Assembly: GCA_008933825.1 (NCBI GenBank)
Contig: WBUF01000008.1
Span: forward strand, 4,543-68,542
Direction of reading: 5' to 3'
DNA from: Rhodocyclaceae bacterium
GTDB taxonomy: Bacteria > Pseudomonadota > Gammaproteobacteria > Burkholderiales > Rhodocyclaceae
DNA length: 64,000 bases
The notes under the pieces are model-generated. The model was not told the DNA's origin and did no database searches. It was given only the letters and a program-made list of their open reading frames with translations. Numbering within the stretch: position 1 is the first letter of the stretch; every line of letters starts with the position of its first letter. Position numbers and translations under genes: made by a program. This document shows, piece after piece, positions 50,439-62,521 of the stretch.

Positions 50439-51044
50439 ATGAGCACCCGGCTAGAAACGCTAGGCCAGAATCTGCAAAATGTCCTCGGCGAGCGCATCGC
50501 CCGGCTTGGCACCGCCCTGGGGGAAGCGACCCTTGAGGTCGCTCCAGCAAACTATCTCGAGACTGCGCGCATCCTGCGCGACCACCCCGATCTGCGCTTC
50601 GAACAGCTGATCGACCTTACCGGCGTCGATTATTCGACCTGGGGCGACGGCGCCTGGAACGGCCGCCGCTTCGCCGTCGTCTCTCACCTGACTTCAGTAT
50701 CGAAAAACTGGCGATTGCGCCTGCGCGTGTTTGCCGACGACGACGGCTATCCCGTGCTCCCCTCGCTGATCGGCATCTGGAACAGCGCCAACTGGTACGA
50801 GCGCGAGGCCTTCGACCTCTATGGCATCCTCTTCGAGGGCCACCCCGACCTGCGCCGCATCCTCACCGACTACGGCTTCGTCGGCCATCCCTTCCGCAAG
50901 GATTTTCCGATCTCCGGCCATGTCGAGATGCGCTACGATCCCGAGCAGCGCCGCGTCATCTACCAGCCGGTGACGATCGAGCCGCGCGAGAACACGCCGC
51001 GCATCATCCGCGAGGAGCACTACGGGGATGCCGGCCATGGCTGA
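50439..51044 (+). CDS. nuoC: NADH-quinone oxidoreductase subunit C
   Basis: [37 protein letters not shown] motif. Confidence 0.97.
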   Translation: MSTRLETLGQNLQNVLGERIARLGTALGEATLEVAPANYLETARILRDHPDLRFEQLIDLTGVDYSTWGDGAWNGRRFAVVSHLTSVSKNWRLRLRVFADDDGYPVLPSLIGIWNSANWYEREAFDLYGILFEGHPDLRRILTDYGFVGHPFRKDFPISGHVEMRYDPEQRRVIYQPVTIEPRENTPRIIREEHYGDAGHG

Positions 51045-52290
51045 GATTCGCAATTACACGATCAATTTCGGCCCGCAGCATCCGGCGGCGCACGGCGTGT
51101 TGCGTCTGGTGCTGGAACTCGACGGCGAGGTGATCGTTCGCGCCGATCCGCACATTGGCCTGCTGCATCGGGGCACCGAAAAACTTGCCGAAACCCGCAC
51201 CTGGCTCCAGACGCTCCCCTACCTGGATCGGCTCGACTACGTTTCCATGATGTGCAACGAGCACGCCTACTGCCTGGCGGTGGAGCGTCTGCTCGGCGCC
51301 GAGGTGCCGCTGCGCGCCCAGTACATCCGCGTCATGATGGACGAGGTGACGCGCATCCTGAATCACCTTCTGAACATCGGCACCCACGCTCTCGACATCG
51401 GCGCCATGACCATGGTGCTTTACACCTTCCGCGAGCGCGAAGACTTGATGGACGTGTACGAGGCGGTCTCCGGCGCGCGCCTGCATGCCGCCTACTACCG
51501 GCCGGGCGGCGTCTATCGCGACCTGCCGGACCGCATGCCGCAGTACGTCCAGAACAAGTTCAAGAATGCCGAGACCGTAAAGCGGCTCAACGAGGCGCGC
51601 CAGGGCTCGCTGCTCGACTTCATCGAGGACTTCACCAACCGTTTTCCGGCCTATGTCGACGAGTACGAGACGCTGCTCACCGACAACCGCATCTGGAAGC
51701 AGCGCACCGTCGGCGTCGGCGTGGTCTCTCCGGAGCGGGCGCTGGCCCTCGGTTTCACCGGCCCGATGCTGCGCGGCTCCGGCGTCGAGTGGGATTTGCG
51801 CAAGAAACAGCCCTACGAAGTGTATGACCGCATGGAATTCGACGTGCCGGTCGGCGTCAACGGCGATTGCTACGACCGATACCTGGTGCGCATCGAGGAG
51901 ATGCGCCAGGCCAACCGCATCGTCAAGCAGTGCATCGACTGGCTGCGCATGAACCCCGGTCCAGTGATCACCGACAACCACAAGGTGGCGCCGCCGCCGC
52001 GCGAGAAGATGAAGGCCGGCATGGAAGAGCTGATCCATCACTTCAAACTGTTCACCGAGGGCATGCACGTGCCGCCGGGCGAGGCCTATGCCGCCATCGA
52101 GCATCCGAAGGGCGAGTTCGGCGTGTATGCCATTTCCGACGGCGGCAACAAGCCCTATCGCATCAAGCTGCGCTCGCCCGGCTTCCCGCATCTGGCCGCC
52201 ACCGACGAGATGGCGAAGGGCCACATGATCGCCGACGCCACGGCCATCATCGGCACCATCGACTTGGTGCTGGGCGACACCGATAGATAA
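51037..52290 (+). CDS. nuoD: NADH-quinone oxidoreductase subunit D
   Basis: [23 protein letters not shown] and EHPKGE motifs. Confidence 0.97.
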   Translation: MAEIRNYTINFGPQHPAAHGVLRLVLELDGEVIVRADPHIGLLHRGTEKLAETRTWLQTLPYLDRLDYVSMMCNEHAYCLAVERLLGAEVPLRAQYIRVMMDEVTRILNHLLNIGTHALDIGAMTMVLYTFREREDLMDVYEAVSGARLHAAYYRPGGVYRDLPDRMPQYVQNKFKNAETVKRLNEARQGSLLDFIEDFTNRFPAYVDEYETLLTDNRIWKQRTVGVGVVSPERALALGFTGPMLRGSGVEWDLRKKQPYEVYDRMEFDVPVGVNGDCYDRYLVRIEEMRQANRIVKQCIDWLRMNPGPVITDNHKVAPPPREKMKAGMEELIHHFKLFTEGMHVPPGEAYAAIEHPKGEFGVYAISDGGNKPYRIKLRSPGFPHLAATDEMAKGHMIADATAIIGTIDLVLGDTDR

Positions 52291-52292
52291 TC

Positions 52293-52766
52293 ATGCTGAG
52301 CCAGGACGCAATTCAGAAAATAGACCGCGAAATCGCCAAATATCCGGCGGAGCAGAAACAATCCGCCGTGATGGCGGCGCTGGCCATCGCCCAGATGGAA
52401 AAGGGCTGGCTGTCTACCGAAACCATCGAGGCCGTGGCCGGCCATCTCGGCATGGCGCCGGTGGCGGTGTATGAAGTGGCGAGCTTCTACAACATGTACG
52501 ACCTCGCCCCGGTCGGCAAGGTCAAGATCACCGTGTGCACCAACCTGCCCTGTGCGCTCTCAGGCGGCGTGCATGCCGCCGACTACCTCAAGCAGAAGCT
52601 CGGCATCGGCTTCAACGAGACCACTCCCGACGGCAGGTTCACGCTGAAGGAGGGTGAGTGCATGGGCGCCTGCGGCGACGCGCCGGTGCTGCTGGTGAAC
52701 AACGTGCGCATGTGCAGCTTCATGCAGCCGGAGCAGATCGACCGGCTGCTCGGGGAGTGCCAGTAA
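52293..52766 (+). CDS. nuoE: NADH-quinone oxidoreductase subunit E
   Basis: VCTNLPC...ECMGAC 2Fe-2S ligands. Confidence 0.96.
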   Translation: MLSQDAIQKIDREIAKYPAEQKQSAVMAALAIAQMEKGWLSTETIEAVAGHLGMAPVAVYEVASFYNMYDLAPVGKVKITVCTNLPCALSGGVHAADYLKQKLGIGFNETTPDGRFTLKEGECMGACGDAPVLLVNNVRMCSFMQPEQIDRLLGECQ

Positions 52767-54079
52767 TGGGCGCACTCGGCTTCATCCTGAACGCGGAAGA
52801 GGGCGAGCGCAGCTGGCGCCTTGCCGAGTACGTCAAGCGCGGCGGCTACAGCGCGCTGAAGAAGATCATCGACGAGAACATCCCGCCCGAGAACATCGTC
52901 GCCGAGCTGAAGAAGTCCTCGCTGCGCGGCCGCGGCGGCGCCGGCTTCCCGACCGGCCTGAAGTGGAGCTTCATGCCGCGCCAGTTCCCCGGCGCCAAGT
53001 ACGTTGTCTGCAACTCCGACGAGGGCGAGCCGGGCACCTTCAAGGACCGCGACATCCTGCGCTGGAACCCGCACATGGTGATCGAGGGCATGATCATTGC
53101 CGGCTATGCCATGGGCTGCGCGCGCGGCTACAACTACATCCACGGCGAGATCTGGGAAATCTACAAGCGCTTCGAGGAAGCCCTCGAGGAGGCACGCGCG
53201 GCGAAGCTGCTGGGGCCGAACATCCTCGGCTCCGACTTCAGCTTCGAACTGCAGGCCCACCACGGCTACGGCGCCTACATCTGCGGCGAGGAAACCGCGC
53301 TGCTCGAGTCGATCGAAGGCAAGAAGGGCCAGCCGCGCTTCAAGCCGCCCTTCCCGGCGAGCTTCGGCCTCTACGGCAAGCCGACCACCATCAACAACAC
53401 CGAGACCTTTGCCTCGGTGCCGTACATCATCAACCAGGGCGGCGAAAAATTCCTCGAGCTGGGCAAGCCGAACAACGGCGGCACAAAGCTCTTCTCCGTC
53501 TCCGGCCATGTCAACCGCCCCGGCAACTTCGAAGTGCCGATGGGCACGCCGTTCAGGGACCTGCTGGAAATGGCCGGAGGCATGCGCAGCGGGCGCAAAC
53601 TGAAAGGCGTCATTCCGGGCGGCTCGTCCTCGCCGGTGCTGCCGGCCGATGTCATCATGGAGTGCACGCTCGACTACGACTCGATCGCCAAGGCCGGCTC
53701 CATGCTCGGCTCCGGCGCCGTCATCGTCATGGACGAGACCACCTGCATGGTGCGCGCGCTCGAACGCCTGTCCTACTTCTATTTCGAGGAGTCCTGCGGC
53801 CAGTGCACGCCCTGCCGCGAGGGCACCGGCTGGCTCTATCGCGTCGTTCACCGCATCGAGCACGGCGAGGGACGGCCGGAGGATCTCGACCTCCTGAACA
53901 GCGTCACCGAGAACATCATGGGCCGCACCATCTGCGCCCTCGGCGACGCGGCCTCCATGCCGGTGAGAGGCTTCCTCAAGCACTTCGGTGCAGAGTTCGA
54001 GTATCACATCCAAAACAAGAAATGCCTGGTGCCCGAGGACGTGCAGCGCGCGGGCAGCGGCTTCTTCAAGGCGGCGTAG
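52766..54079 (+). CDS. nuoF: NADH-quinone oxidoreductase subunit F
   Basis: [32 protein letters not shown] and [12 protein letters not shown] motifs. Confidence 0.97.
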   Translation: MGALGFILNAEEGERSWRLAEYVKRGGYSALKKIIDENIPPENIVAELKKSSLRGRGGAGFPTGLKWSFMPRQFPGAKYVVCNSDEGEPGTFKDRDILRWNPHMVIEGMIIAGYAMGCARGYNYIHGEIWEIYKRFEEALEEARAAKLLGPNILGSDFSFELQAHHGYGAYICGEETALLESIEGKKGQPRFKPPFPASFGLYGKPTTINNTETFASVPYIINQGGEKFLELGKPNNGGTKLFSVSGHVNRPGNFEVPMGTPFRDLLEMAGGMRSGRKLKGVIPGGSSSPVLPADVIMECTLDYDSIAKAGSMLGSGAVIVMDETTCMVRALERLSYFYFEESCGQCTPCREGTGWLYRVVHRIEHGEGRPEDLDLLNSVTENIMGRTICALGDAASMPVRGFLKHFGAEFEYHIQNKKCLVPEDVQRAGSGFFKAA

Positions 54080-54082
54080 CAA

Positions 54083-56422
54083 ATGCTCGAAATCGAGATC
54101 GACGGCAAAAAGACCGAGGTGTCCGACGGAGCCACCGTGATGGATGCCGCCCACCAGCTCGGCATCTTCGTCCCGCACTTCTGCTACCACAAGAAGCTGT
54201 CCATCGCCGCCAACTGCCGCATGTGCCTGGTGCAGGTGGAGAAGGCGCCCAAGCCCCTGCCGGCCTGCGCCACGCCGGTGACCAACGGCATGAAGGTGTT
54301 CACGCACTCGGAAGCCGCCGTCAAGGCGCAGAAGGGCGTGATGGAGTTCCTCCTCATCAACCACCCGCTCGACTGCCCGATCTGCGACCAGGGCGGCGAG
54401 TGCCAGCTGCAGGACCTCTCCGTCGGCTACGGCCAGAGCGCCGCGCGCTACCAGGAAGAGAAGCGCGTGGTGGTGAACAAGAACCTCGGGCCGCTCATTG
54501 CCACCGACATGACGCGCTGCATCCACTGCACGCGCTGCGTCCGCTTCACGCAGGAGATCGCCGGCTGGCAGGAGATGGGCCAGGCCTTCCGCGGCGAGCA
54601 CGCCGAGATCATGCCCTTCATCGAGAAGACGGTGGATTCGGAACTGTCCGGCAACGTCATCGACCTCTGCCCGGTCGGCGCGCTGACCTCGAAGCCCTTC
54701 CGCTTCGCCGCGCGCACCTGGGAGCTGTCGCGGCGGAAATCGGTCAGCCCGCACGACGGCCTCGGCGCCAACCTGATCGTCCAGGTCAAGCACGACCGCG
54801 TCCTCCGCGTCCTGCCGCTGGAGAACGAGGACGTCAACGAGTGCTGGCTGTCGGACAAGGATCGCTTCTCCTACGAGGCCCTGAATTCCAAGGCACGGCT
54901 AACCAAGCCGATGCTCAAGCAGTGCGGCGAATGGCGCGAGGTGGACTGGCAGACGGCGCTGGAATTCATCGGCACCGATCTGAAGCGCGTGGTGCGCGAG
55001 CATGGCACCGCTTCGTTTGGCGCGCTGGCCTCGCCGCATTCGACGCTGGAAGAACTCCACCTGCTGCAGAAATTCGTGCGCGGCGCCGGCAGCGAGAACA
55101 TCGACTGCCGTCTCCGCCAGACTGACTTTTCCCTCGACGGCAAGGGCATCACGCCCTGGCTGGGCATGCCGGTTGCCGAGATTCCCATGCTGGATCGCGT
55201 GCTGGTCGTCGGCAGCTTCCTGCGCAAGGACCATCCGCTGCTGGCCCAGCGCCTGCGCCAGGCGGCGAAGAAGTTCACCCGCGTCAGCCTGCTGCACGTC
55301 GCCGACGACGACCAGCTGATCAACCTGCACGCCAAGTCCATCGTCGCACCGTCGGCGCTGGCAATGGAACTCGCCGGCATCGTCAAGGCTGTGGCTGAAA
55401 TCAAGGGCGTGACCGTCGATGCGGCGCTCGCCGGCGTGCAGCCCACCGCAGCGGCGAAGGCCATCGCCGAAAGCTTGGCCTCGGGCGAGAAGGGCGCGGT
55501 CTTCCTCGGCAACTTCGCCCAGCAGCATGTCCAGTCGGCGACGCTGCATGCCCTGGCGCAAAAGCTGGCCGATCTGACCGGCGCGCGCTTCGGCTATCTC
55601 GGCGAGGCGGCCAACTCGGTCGGCGGCTACGTCGCCAAGGCCGTGCCGGGTACCTCGGGCCTCAACGCCGCGCGCATGCTGGCCGCGCCTTGCCGCGCCT
55701 ATTTCGTCCTGCATGCCGAGCCCGAACTCGACTGCGCCAATCCGCAGCAGGCGCTGACCGCTTTGAAGGGCGCCGACCTGGTCGTGGCGATGACGCCGTT
55801 CAAGACCCGCGCCCTCGACTACGCCCATGTGATTCTGCCCATCGCGCCGTTCACCGAGACGTCTGGCTCTTTCATCAACACCGAAGGCCGCGTGCAGAGC
55901 TTCCACGCCGTGGTCAAGCCGCAGGGCGAAACGCGCCCGGCCTGGAAGGTGCTGCGCGTGCTGGGCAACCTGCTCGGCCTGGCCGGCTTCGAACAGGACA
56001 ATTCCGAGACTGTGCGCGACGAGGCGCTGGGCGGCATGACCGGCTCGGTGGCCGAGCGCCTGAACAATCGGGCGGAGGGAATTGCCGTCAGCCTGGCGCC
56101 GACTGCACCGGCGCTGCAGCCGAAGTTGGAACGCGTGGCCGACGTGCCGATCCACTTCGCCGACCCCCTGGCGCGGCGCGCGCCTTCGCTGCAGATGACG
56201 CGCGATGCCGCGCCGCCCGCCGCGCGCATGAACGCCGCCACGCTGGCGAAGCTGGGTCTTACTGCCGGGGCGCAGGTAAAAGTCAGCCTCGGCGGGACGG
56301 CGGTGCTGGCCGTGCAACTCGATGCCGGCGTACCCGACGGCTGCGTGCGCGTTGCCGCGGGCCATGAACTGACTTCCGGCCTCGGCCCGATGCAGGGCGA
56401 ACTCACCGTGGAGCGCGCGTGA
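54083..56422 (+). CDS. nuoG: NADH-quinone oxidoreductase subunit G
   Basis: [26 protein letters not shown] and [11 protein letters not shown] motifs. Confidence 0.97.
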   Translation: MLEIEIDGKKTEVSDGATVMDAAHQLGIFVPHFCYHKKLSIAANCRMCLVQVEKAPKPLPACATPVTNGMKVFTHSEAAVKAQKGVMEFLLINHPLDCPICDQGGECQLQDLSVGYGQSAARYQEEKRVVVNKNLGPLIATDMTRCIHCTRCVRFTQEIAGWQEMGQAFRGEHAEIMPFIEKTVDSELSGNVIDLCPVGALTSKPFRFAARTWELSRRKSVSPHDGLGANLIVQVKHDRVLRVLPLENEDVNECWLSDKDRFSYEALNSKARLTKPMLKQCGEWREVDWQTALEFIGTDLKRVVREHGTASFGALASPHSTLEELHLLQKFVRGAGSENIDCRLRQTDFSLDGKGITPWLGMPVAEIPMLDRVLVVGSFLRKDHPLLAQRLRQAAKKFTRVSLLHVADDDQLINLHAKSIVAPSALAMELAGIVKAVAEIKGVTVDAALAGVQPTAAAKAIAESLASGEKGAVFLGNFAQQHVQSATLHALAQKLADLTGARFGYLGEAANSVGGYVAKAVPGTSGLNAARMLAAPCRAYFVLHAEPELDCANPQQALTALKGADLVVAMTPFKTRALDYAHVILPIAPFTETSGSFINTEGRVQSFHAVVKPQGETRPAWKVLRVLGNLLGLAGFEQDNSETVRDEALGGMTGSVAERLNNRAEGIAVSLAPTAPALQPKLERVADVPIHFADPLARRAPSLQMTRDAAPPAARMNAATLAKLGLTAGAQVKVSLGGTAVLAVQLDAGVPDGCVRVAAGHELTSGLGPMQGELTVERA

Positions 56423-57513
56423 TGGAAGCCCTGGTCCTCCAAGCCTTCGAGCATTTCTGGGGCCTGTTCGGCCTGTGGGAACCGCTGTGGGCGCTGATCG
56501 AGCCGGTGTGGCCGCTGGTCTGGGTGATCATAAAAATCGTGGCCATCCTGGTTCCGCTGATGCTCTCGGTGGCGTATCTCACGTTGGCCGAGCGCAAGGT
56601 CATCGGCTATATGCAGGTACGCCTGGGGCCCAACCGCGTCGGCCCGCTCGGTCTGCTGCAACCCATCGCCGACGGCATGAAGCTGTTTTTCAAGGAAGTC
56701 ATCGTGCCTTCCGGCGCCAACAAGGTGCTGTTCTTCGCCGCTCCAGTGCTGGCCATCGCGCCGGCGCTGGCGGCTTGGGCGGTGGTGCCCTTCTTCGACG
56801 GCGGCGCCCTGGCCAACATCGACGCCGGCCTGTTCTATGTCCTTGCCATGACCTCGATGGGCATCTACGGCGTCATCATCGCCGGCTGGGCCTCCAACTC
56901 GAAGTATCCCTTCCTCGGCGCCATGCGCGCCTCGGCGCAGATGGTGTCCTACGAGATCGCCATGGGCATGGCGCTGGTGACGGTGCTGATGGTTTCCAAC
57001 AGCCTGAATTTCACCGACATCGTGCACGCCCAGGGCCGCGGCTGGTTTGCCGGGCAGGGCGCCGGCTTCCTGTCCTGGAACTGGATACCGCTCGCGCCGA
57101 TGTTCGTGGTGTATTTCGTCTCGGGCGTGGCGGAAACCAACCGAGCGCCCTTCGACGTGGTCGAGGGCGAATCCGAGATCGTCGCCGGCCACATGGTCGA
57201 GTACTCCGGCATGGCCTTCGCCATGTTCTTCCTCGCCGAATACGCCAACATGATCCTGGTGGCGACCCTCACCTCGATCCTGTTCCTCGGCGGCTGGCTG
57301 TCTCCGGTCGGCTTCCTGCCCGACGGCTTCCTCTGGCTGGCCATCAAGGTTGCCTTCTTCCTGCTGATCTACCTGTGGATCCGCGCCACCTTCCCGCGCT
57401 ATCGCTACGACCAGATCATGCGCCTGGGCTGGAAGGTGTTCGTGCCGCTGACCCTGGTCTGGATCGCCGTCGTCGGCACCTGGATGGTGTCGCCGTTCAA
57501 CATCTTCAAATGA
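56422..57513 (+). CDS. nuoH: NADH-quinone oxidoreductase subunit H
   Basis: [26 protein letters not shown] and RYDQ motifs. Confidence 0.97.
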   Translation: MEALVLQAFEHFWGLFGLWEPLWALIEPVWPLVWVIIKIVAILVPLMLSVAYLTLAERKVIGYMQVRLGPNRVGPLGLLQPIADGMKLFFKEVIVPSGANKVLFFAAPVLAIAPALAAWAVVPFFDGGALANIDAGLFYVLAMTSMGIYGVIIAGWASNSKYPFLGAMRASAQMVSYEIAMGMALVTVLMVSNSLNFTDIVHAQGRGWFAGQGAGFLSWNWIPLAPMFVVYFVSGVAETNRAPFDVVEGESEIVAGHMVEYSGMAFAMFFLAEYANMILVATLTSILFLGGWLSPVGFLPDGFLWLAIKVAFFLLIYLWIRATFPRYRYDQIMRLGWKVFVPLTLVWIAVVGTWMVSPFNIFK

Positions 57514-57524
57514 GAGGCTGAACG

Positions 57525-58022
57525 ATGGGTGCCAAGGACTTCCTCAACAGCCTGCTCCTGAAGGAGCTCTTCAAGGGCATGTCGGTCACCGGGCGCTATT
57601 TCTTCGCGCCGAAGATCACCATCCAGTATCCGGAGGAGACGACGCCGCAGGGCAACCGCTTCCGCGGCCTGCACGCCCTGCGCCGCTATCCGAACGGAGA
57701 AGAGCGCTGCATCGCCTGCAAGCTGTGCGAGGCGGTGTGCCCGGCGATGGCCATCACCATCGAATCGGCCGAGCGTGAAGACGCGAATGGGCAAACTTCG
57801 CGTCGCACCACGCGCTACGACATCGACCTGACGAAGTGCATTTTCTGCGGCTTCTGCGAGGAGGCCTGCCCGGTGGACGCCATCGTCGAGACGCGCGTGC
57901 TGGAATACCACGGCGAGAAGCGCGGCGACCTCTACTACACCAAGCAGATGCTGCTGGCGGTGGGCGACAGGCACGAGGCGCAGATCGCCGCCGACCGGGA
58001 GCAGGACGCCAGGTTCCGGTGA
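57525..58022 (+). CDS. nuoI: NADH-quinone oxidoreductase subunit I
   Basis: Two 4Fe-4S motifs: [12 protein letters not shown] and [12 protein letters not shown]. Confidence 0.97.
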   Translation: MGAKDFLNSLLLKELFKGMSVTGRYFFAPKITIQYPEETTPQGNRFRGLHALRRYPNGEERCIACKLCEAVCPAMAITIESAEREDANGQTSRRTTRYDIDLTKCIFCGFCEEACPVDAIVETRVLEYHGEKRGDLYYTKQMLLAVGDRHEAQIAADREQDARFR

Positions 58023-58027
58023 CGCCC

Positions 58028-58630
58028 ATGGACATCAAGACCACGCTCTTCTACATCTTCTCGACGATCCTGGTGCTCGCCGCGCTGCGCGTCGTCACCG
58101 CGCGCAACCCGGTGCATGCCGTGCTGTTCCTGGTGCTCGCCTTCTTCAACGCCAGCGGCCTCTGGCTCCTGCTGCAGGCCGAATTCCTCGCCATTGCCCT
58201 GATCGTCGTCTACGTCGGCGCCGTGATGGTGCTTTTCCTCTTTGTCGTCATGATGCTCGACATCAATCTCGAGCGATTGCGCCGCGGCTTCTGGAACAAC
58301 CTCTGGCTGGGCGGGCCGATTGCCGTGCTGATGGTGGTCGAAATGGTGGCGGTGCTCTCCGCCCGCAGCTTCGGCCTCGATGCGATGCCGGCGCCCGCCC
58401 CGACGGCGGCCGGCGTCTCCAACACCAAGGCGCTCGGAGTGGCCATCTACACCGACTATGTTTATCCCTTCGAACTGGCCTCGGTGATTCTGCTGGTGGC
58501 CCTGATCGCCGCGGTCGCGATCAACCTGCGCCAACGCCGCGACCACAAGTCGCTCGACCCGGCGCGGCAGATCGCCGTCAGGCGCAACGAGCGCGTGCGC
58601 ATCGTCTCGATGCCGGTGGAAAAGGAGTAA
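58028..58630 (+). CDS. nuoJ: NADH-quinone oxidoreductase subunit J
   Basis: NPVHA and AEFLA...[17 protein letters not shown] motifs. Confidence 0.96.
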   Translation: MDIKTTLFYIFSTILVLAALRVVTARNPVHAVLFLVLAFFNASGLWLLLQAEFLAIALIVVYVGAVMVLFLFVVMMLDINLERLRRGFWNNLWLGGPIAVLMVVEMVAVLSARSFGLDAMPAPAPTAAGVSNTKALGVAIYTDYVYPFELASVILLVALIAAVAINLRQRRDHKSLDPARQIAVRRNERVRIVSMPVEKE

Positions 58631-58634
58631 GGTG

Positions 58635-58940
58635 ATGCCGAGCCTCAACCACTACCTCATCCTCGGCGCCGTCATCTTCTCGGTCGGCGTGGTCGGCGTG
58701 TTCCTCAACCGCAAGAACCTCATCGTCCTGCTGATGGCCATCGAACTGATGCTGCTCGCCGTCAACATGAACTTCGTCGCCTTCTCGCATTTCCTCGGCG
58801 ACATTGGCGGGCAGGTGTTCGTCTTCTTTATCCTGACGGTCGCCGCGGCGGAAGCCGCCATCGGACTGGCCATCCTGGTCGTGCTGTTCCGCAACCTGCG
58901 CACGATCCACGTCGACGACCTCGACAGCCTGCAGGGATAA
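58635..58940 (+). CDS. nuoK: NADH-quinone oxidoreductase subunit K
   Basis: LM.IELML and [12 protein letters not shown] motifs. Confidence 0.96.
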   Translation: MPSLNHYLILGAVIFSVGVVGVFLNRKNLIVLLMAIELMLLAVNMNFVAFSHFLGDIGGQVFVFFILTVAAAEAAIGLAILVVLFRNLRTIHVDDLDSLQG

Positions 58941-58943
58941 GCC

Positions 58944-61019
58944 ATGAGCGCAATGCACCCCCTCGCCATCTACGTGCCCCTGGCTCCGCTCGCGGGGGCC
59001 GTCGTCGCCGGTCTCTTCGGCGGGAGCATCGGACGCGCCGGTGCGCACTGGATCACCAGCCTCGGCGTGGCCGCGTCGCTGATCCTCTCCTGTCTGATCT
59101 TCCAGGACGTGGACGCCGGCCAGACCTATAACGCCGCAGTCTACATCTGGGCCACGAGCGGCGGCATCAGCTTCGACGTGGGCTTCCTCATCGACAAGCT
59201 GACGGTGACCATGATGCTGGTGGTCACCTTCGTCTCGCTGATGGTGCACATCTACACCATCGGCTACATGGCGCACGACGAGGACAACTGGCCGGCCGGC
59301 AGCCTGGCCGGCAGGAACAGCTACCAGCGCTTCTTTGCCTACATTTCGCTGTTCACCTTCTCGATGCTGATGCTGGTGATGAGCAACAACTTCCTCCAGC
59401 TCTTCTTTGGCTGGGAGGCGGTTGGCCTGGTCTCCTATCTGCTGATCGGCTTCTGGTCGGTGCGCCCGACGGCGGTGTATGCGAACCTGAAGGCCTTCCT
59501 GGTCAACCGTGTCGGCGACTTCGGCTTCCTGCTCGGCATCGGCCTGATTGCGGCTTACTGCGGCTCGCTCAATTACGGCGACGTTTTCGCCCAGGCCCAG
59601 CAACTGGCCAATACCAGCATCGAACTGGTTCCGGGCACGGCCTGGGCGCTGGTCAGCGTCGTCTGCATCTGCCTGTTCATCGGCGCCATGGGCAAGTCGG
59701 CGCAGTTTCCGCTGCACGTCTGGCTGCCCGACTCGATGGAAGGCCCGACGCCGATCTCCGCGCTGATCCACGCCGCCACCATGGTGACGGCCGGCATCTT
59801 CATGGTCTCGCGCATGTCGCCCCTGTTCGAGCTGTCGGACGCGGCCCTGTCCTTCGTCATCGTCATCGGCGCCATCACCGCCTTCTTCATGGCGCTGATC
59901 GCCATCGTGCAGACCGACATCAAGCGCGTCGTCGCCTACTCGACGCTGTCGCAGCTCGGCTACATGACCACCGCCCTGGGCGCCTCGGCCTACTCGGCGG
60001 CGATGTTCCACCTCGCCACCCACGCCTTCTTCAAGGCGGTGCTGTTCCTCGGCGCCGGTTCGGTGATCATCGCCATGCACCACGAACAGGACATGCGCAG
60101 GATGGGCGGACTGAGGAAGTACATGCCGATCACCTATCTCACGGTGCTGATCGGCGCGCTGGCCAACGCCGGCTTCCCGCCCTTCGCCGGCTTCTTCTCC
60201 AAGGATTCCATCATCGAGGCGGTGCACCTGTCGACCACGACGGGCGCCGGCTTTGCCTATGCGCTGATCCTGGCCGGCGTCTTTGTCGGCGGCTTCTATT
60301 CCTTCCGCCTGGTGTTCTTCGCCTTTCATGGCAAGGAGCGTTTCCGCGATGCGCCGGCGCACGATGCGCATGAGGCGCACGGCCATGACGAGCATGGACT
60401 CGACGCGCACGGTCATGATGACCATGGCCATCATGGCCCGGTCGAGCCGAAGGAATCGCCCTGGGTCGTCACCGTCCCGCTGATCCTTCTGGCGATTCCG
60501 TCCGTCATCGCCGGCTGGACGATGATCGGACCGGCGCTGTTCGGCAACTACTTCGGCGGCGCGATCTTCATCGCGCCAGAGCATCCCGCCATCGCCAGCA
60601 TGAAGGCCGGCTTCCACGGCGCCTTCGGCATGGTCATCCATGGCCTGATGACGCCGCCGTTCTGGCTGGCCCTGGGCGGCGCGGCGACGGCCTGGTATCT
60701 ATATATCGCACGCCCCGACCTGCCTGCCGTGATCAAAGCGAAGTCCGGTGCGCTGGCGCGCATCCTCGAGGACAAATACGGCTTCGACCGCTTCAACGAC
60801 TGGTTCTTTGCCGGCGGCGCGCGCTTGCTCGGCCGTGGCCTGTGGAAAGGCGGCGACCAGACCGTGATCGATGGCTTGGCTGTGAACGGCTCGGCCAGGG
60901 TGGTCGGCTGGATCGCCTCGATCGTCCGTCTCTTCCAGTCGGGCTACATCTACCAGTATGCGTTCTCCATGATCATCGGCGTCTTCGTGCTGCTGACTTT
61001 GTGGATGAACCGGGCCTAG
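58944..61019 (+). CDS. nuoL: NADH-quinone oxidoreductase subunit L
   Basis: GWEAVGLVSY, NRVGDFGF and GKSAQFPLHVWLPDSMEGPTP motifs. Confidence 0.97.
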   Translation: MSAMHPLAIYVPLAPLAGAVVAGLFGGSIGRAGAHWITSLGVAASLILSCLIFQDVDAGQTYNAAVYIWATSGGISFDVGFLIDKLTVTMMLVVTFVSLMVHIYTIGYMAHDEDNWPAGSLAGRNSYQRFFAYISLFTFSMLMLVMSNNFLQLFFGWEAVGLVSYLLIGFWSVRPTAVYANLKAFLVNRVGDFGFLLGIGLIAAYCGSLNYGDVFAQAQQLANTSIELVPGTAWALVSVVCICLFIGAMGKSAQFPLHVWLPDSMEGPTPISALIHAATMVTAGIFMVSRMSPLFELSDAALSFVIVIGAITAFFMALIAIVQTDIKRVVAYSTLSQLGYMTTALGASAYSAAMFHLATHAFFKAVLFLGAGSVIIAMHHEQDMRRMGGLRKYMPITYLTVLIGALANAGFPPFAGFFSKDSIIEAVHLSTTTGAGFAYALILAGVFVGGFYSFRLVFFAFHGKERFRDAPAHDAHEAHGHDEHGLDAHGHDDHGHHGPVEPKESPWVVTVPLILLAIPSVIAGWTMIGPALFGNYFGGAIFIAPEHPAIASMKAGFHGAFGMVIHGLMTPPFWLALGGAATAWYLYIARPDLPAVIKAKSGALARILEDKYGFDRFNDWFFAGGARLLGRGLWKGGDQTVIDGLAVNGSARVVGWIASIVRLFQSGYIYQYAFSMIIGVFVLLTLWMNRA

Positions 61020-61029
61020 GAAAACAAGA

Positions 61030-62511
61030 ATGTCAGGTCTTCCCTTATTGAGTCTTGCGATCTGGCTGCCCATCGTCGGCGGCCTGCTGGTGCTCGCCAC
61101 CGGCTCCGACCGCAATGCCGGCCTGGCGCGTCCGCTCGCCCTGGTGGTGGCCGTGGCCGGATTCCTCGTTACCCTGCCGCTATACATCGGCTTCGACCCG
61201 ACGACCAGCGACATGCAGTTCACCGAACTGCGGCAGTGGATCCCGCGCTTCAACATCCATTACTCGCTTGGCGTGGATGGCATCTCGGTGCTGTTCATCC
61301 TGCTCAACAGCTTCATCACGCCGCTGGTGGTGCTGGCCGGCTGGAAGGTGATCGGGGAGAAGGTGGCCCAATACATGGCGGCTTTCCTCATCATGTCGGG
61401 CCTCATGAACGGCATCTTCTCGGCGCTCGATGCCATGCTGTTCTACGTTTTCTTCGAGGCCTCCCTGATCCCGATGTACATCATCATCGGCGCCTGGGGC
61501 GGCCCGAACCGGGTCTACGCAGCCTTCAAGTTCTTCCTCTACACGCTGCTCGGTTCGCTGCTGATGCTGGTCGCGCTGATCTGGCTGTTCTTCCAGTCCG
61601 GCTTCAGTTTCAGCCTGCTCGACTGGCACGCGATGAAGATTCCGCTCTCTGCGCAGATCTGGCTGTTCCTCGCCTTCCTCGTTGCCTTCGCCGTCAAGGT
61701 GCCGATGTGGCCGGTGCACACCTGGCTGCCGGACGCCCACGTCGAGGCGCCAACCGGCGGTTCGGTGGTGCTGGCCGCCATCATGCTGAAGCTGGGCGCC
61801 TACGGCTTTCTCAGGTTTTCGCTGCCGATCGCGCCGGATGCCTCGCGCGAACTGGCCTGGCTGATGATCGCGCTGTCGCTGATCGCCGTGGTGTACATCG
61901 GCTTCGTCGCCCTGGTGCAATCCGACATGAAGAAGCTGATCGCCTATTCGTCGATCTCGCACATGGGCTTCGTCACGCTCGGCTTCTTCATCTTCAACCA
62001 GCTTGGCGTCGAGGGCGCGCTGGTGCAGATGATCTCGCACGGCTTCGTCTCCGGCGCCATGTTCCTCTGTGTCGGCGTTCTCTACGACCGCGTGCACAGC
62101 CGGCAGATCGCCGACTACGGCGGCGTCGTGCATACCATGCCGAAATTCGCCGCTTTCATGGTCCTTTTCGCCATGGCCAATTCGGGGTTGCCGGCCACCA
62201 GCGGCTTCGTCGGCGAGTTCATGGTCATCCTCGGCGCCGTGAAGCACGACTTCTGGATCGGTTTCGCCGCCGCGATCACGCTGATCCTTGGCGCCGCCTA
62301 CACCCTTTGGATGGTCAAGCGCGTGTTGTTCGGCGCCGTGGCCAACCACCACGTGGCGGAGTTGGCCGACATCAATGCGCGGGAGTTCGTCATCCTGGGG
62401 ATCTTGGCGCTGTGCGTGCTGGGCATGGGCCTGTATCCCTTGCCGTTTACCGAAGTCATGCATGCCTCGGTGGACCATCTGCTGAAGCACGTCGCCGTTC
62501 CCAAGCTGTGA
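61030..62511 (+). CDS. nuoM: NADH-quinone oxidoreductase subunit M
   Basis: [21 protein letters not shown] and [13 protein letters not shown] motifs. Confidence 0.97.
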   Translation: MSGLPLLSLAIWLPIVGGLLVLATGSDRNAGLARPLALVVAVAGFLVTLPLYIGFDPTTSDMQFTELRQWIPRFNIHYSLGVDGISVLFILLNSFITPLVVLAGWKVIGEKVAQYMAAFLIMSGLMNGIFSALDAMLFYVFFEASLIPMYIIIGAWGGPNRVYAAFKFFLYTLLGSLLMLVALIWLFFQSGFSFSLLDWHAMKIPLSAQIWLFLAFLVAFAVKVPMWPVHTWLPDAHVEAPTGGSVVLAAIMLKLGAYGFLRFSLPIAPDASRELAWLMIALSLIAVVYIGFVALVQSDMKKLIAYSSISHMGFVTLGFFIFNQLGVEGALVQMISHGFVSGAMFLCVGVLYDRVHSRQIADYGGVVHTMPKFAAFMVLFAMANSGLPATSGFVGEFMVILGAVKHDFWIGFAAAITLILGAAYTLWMVKRVLFGAVANHHVAELADINAREFVILGILALCVLGMGLYPLPFTEVMHASVDHLLKHVAVPKL

Positions 62512-62521
62512 GCCTTCGACC

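Noticed and set aside
60345-60440. His-rich repeat (HDAHEAHGHDEHG...) in NuoL
   Set aside because: A variable His-rich loop is common in proteobacterial NuoL.
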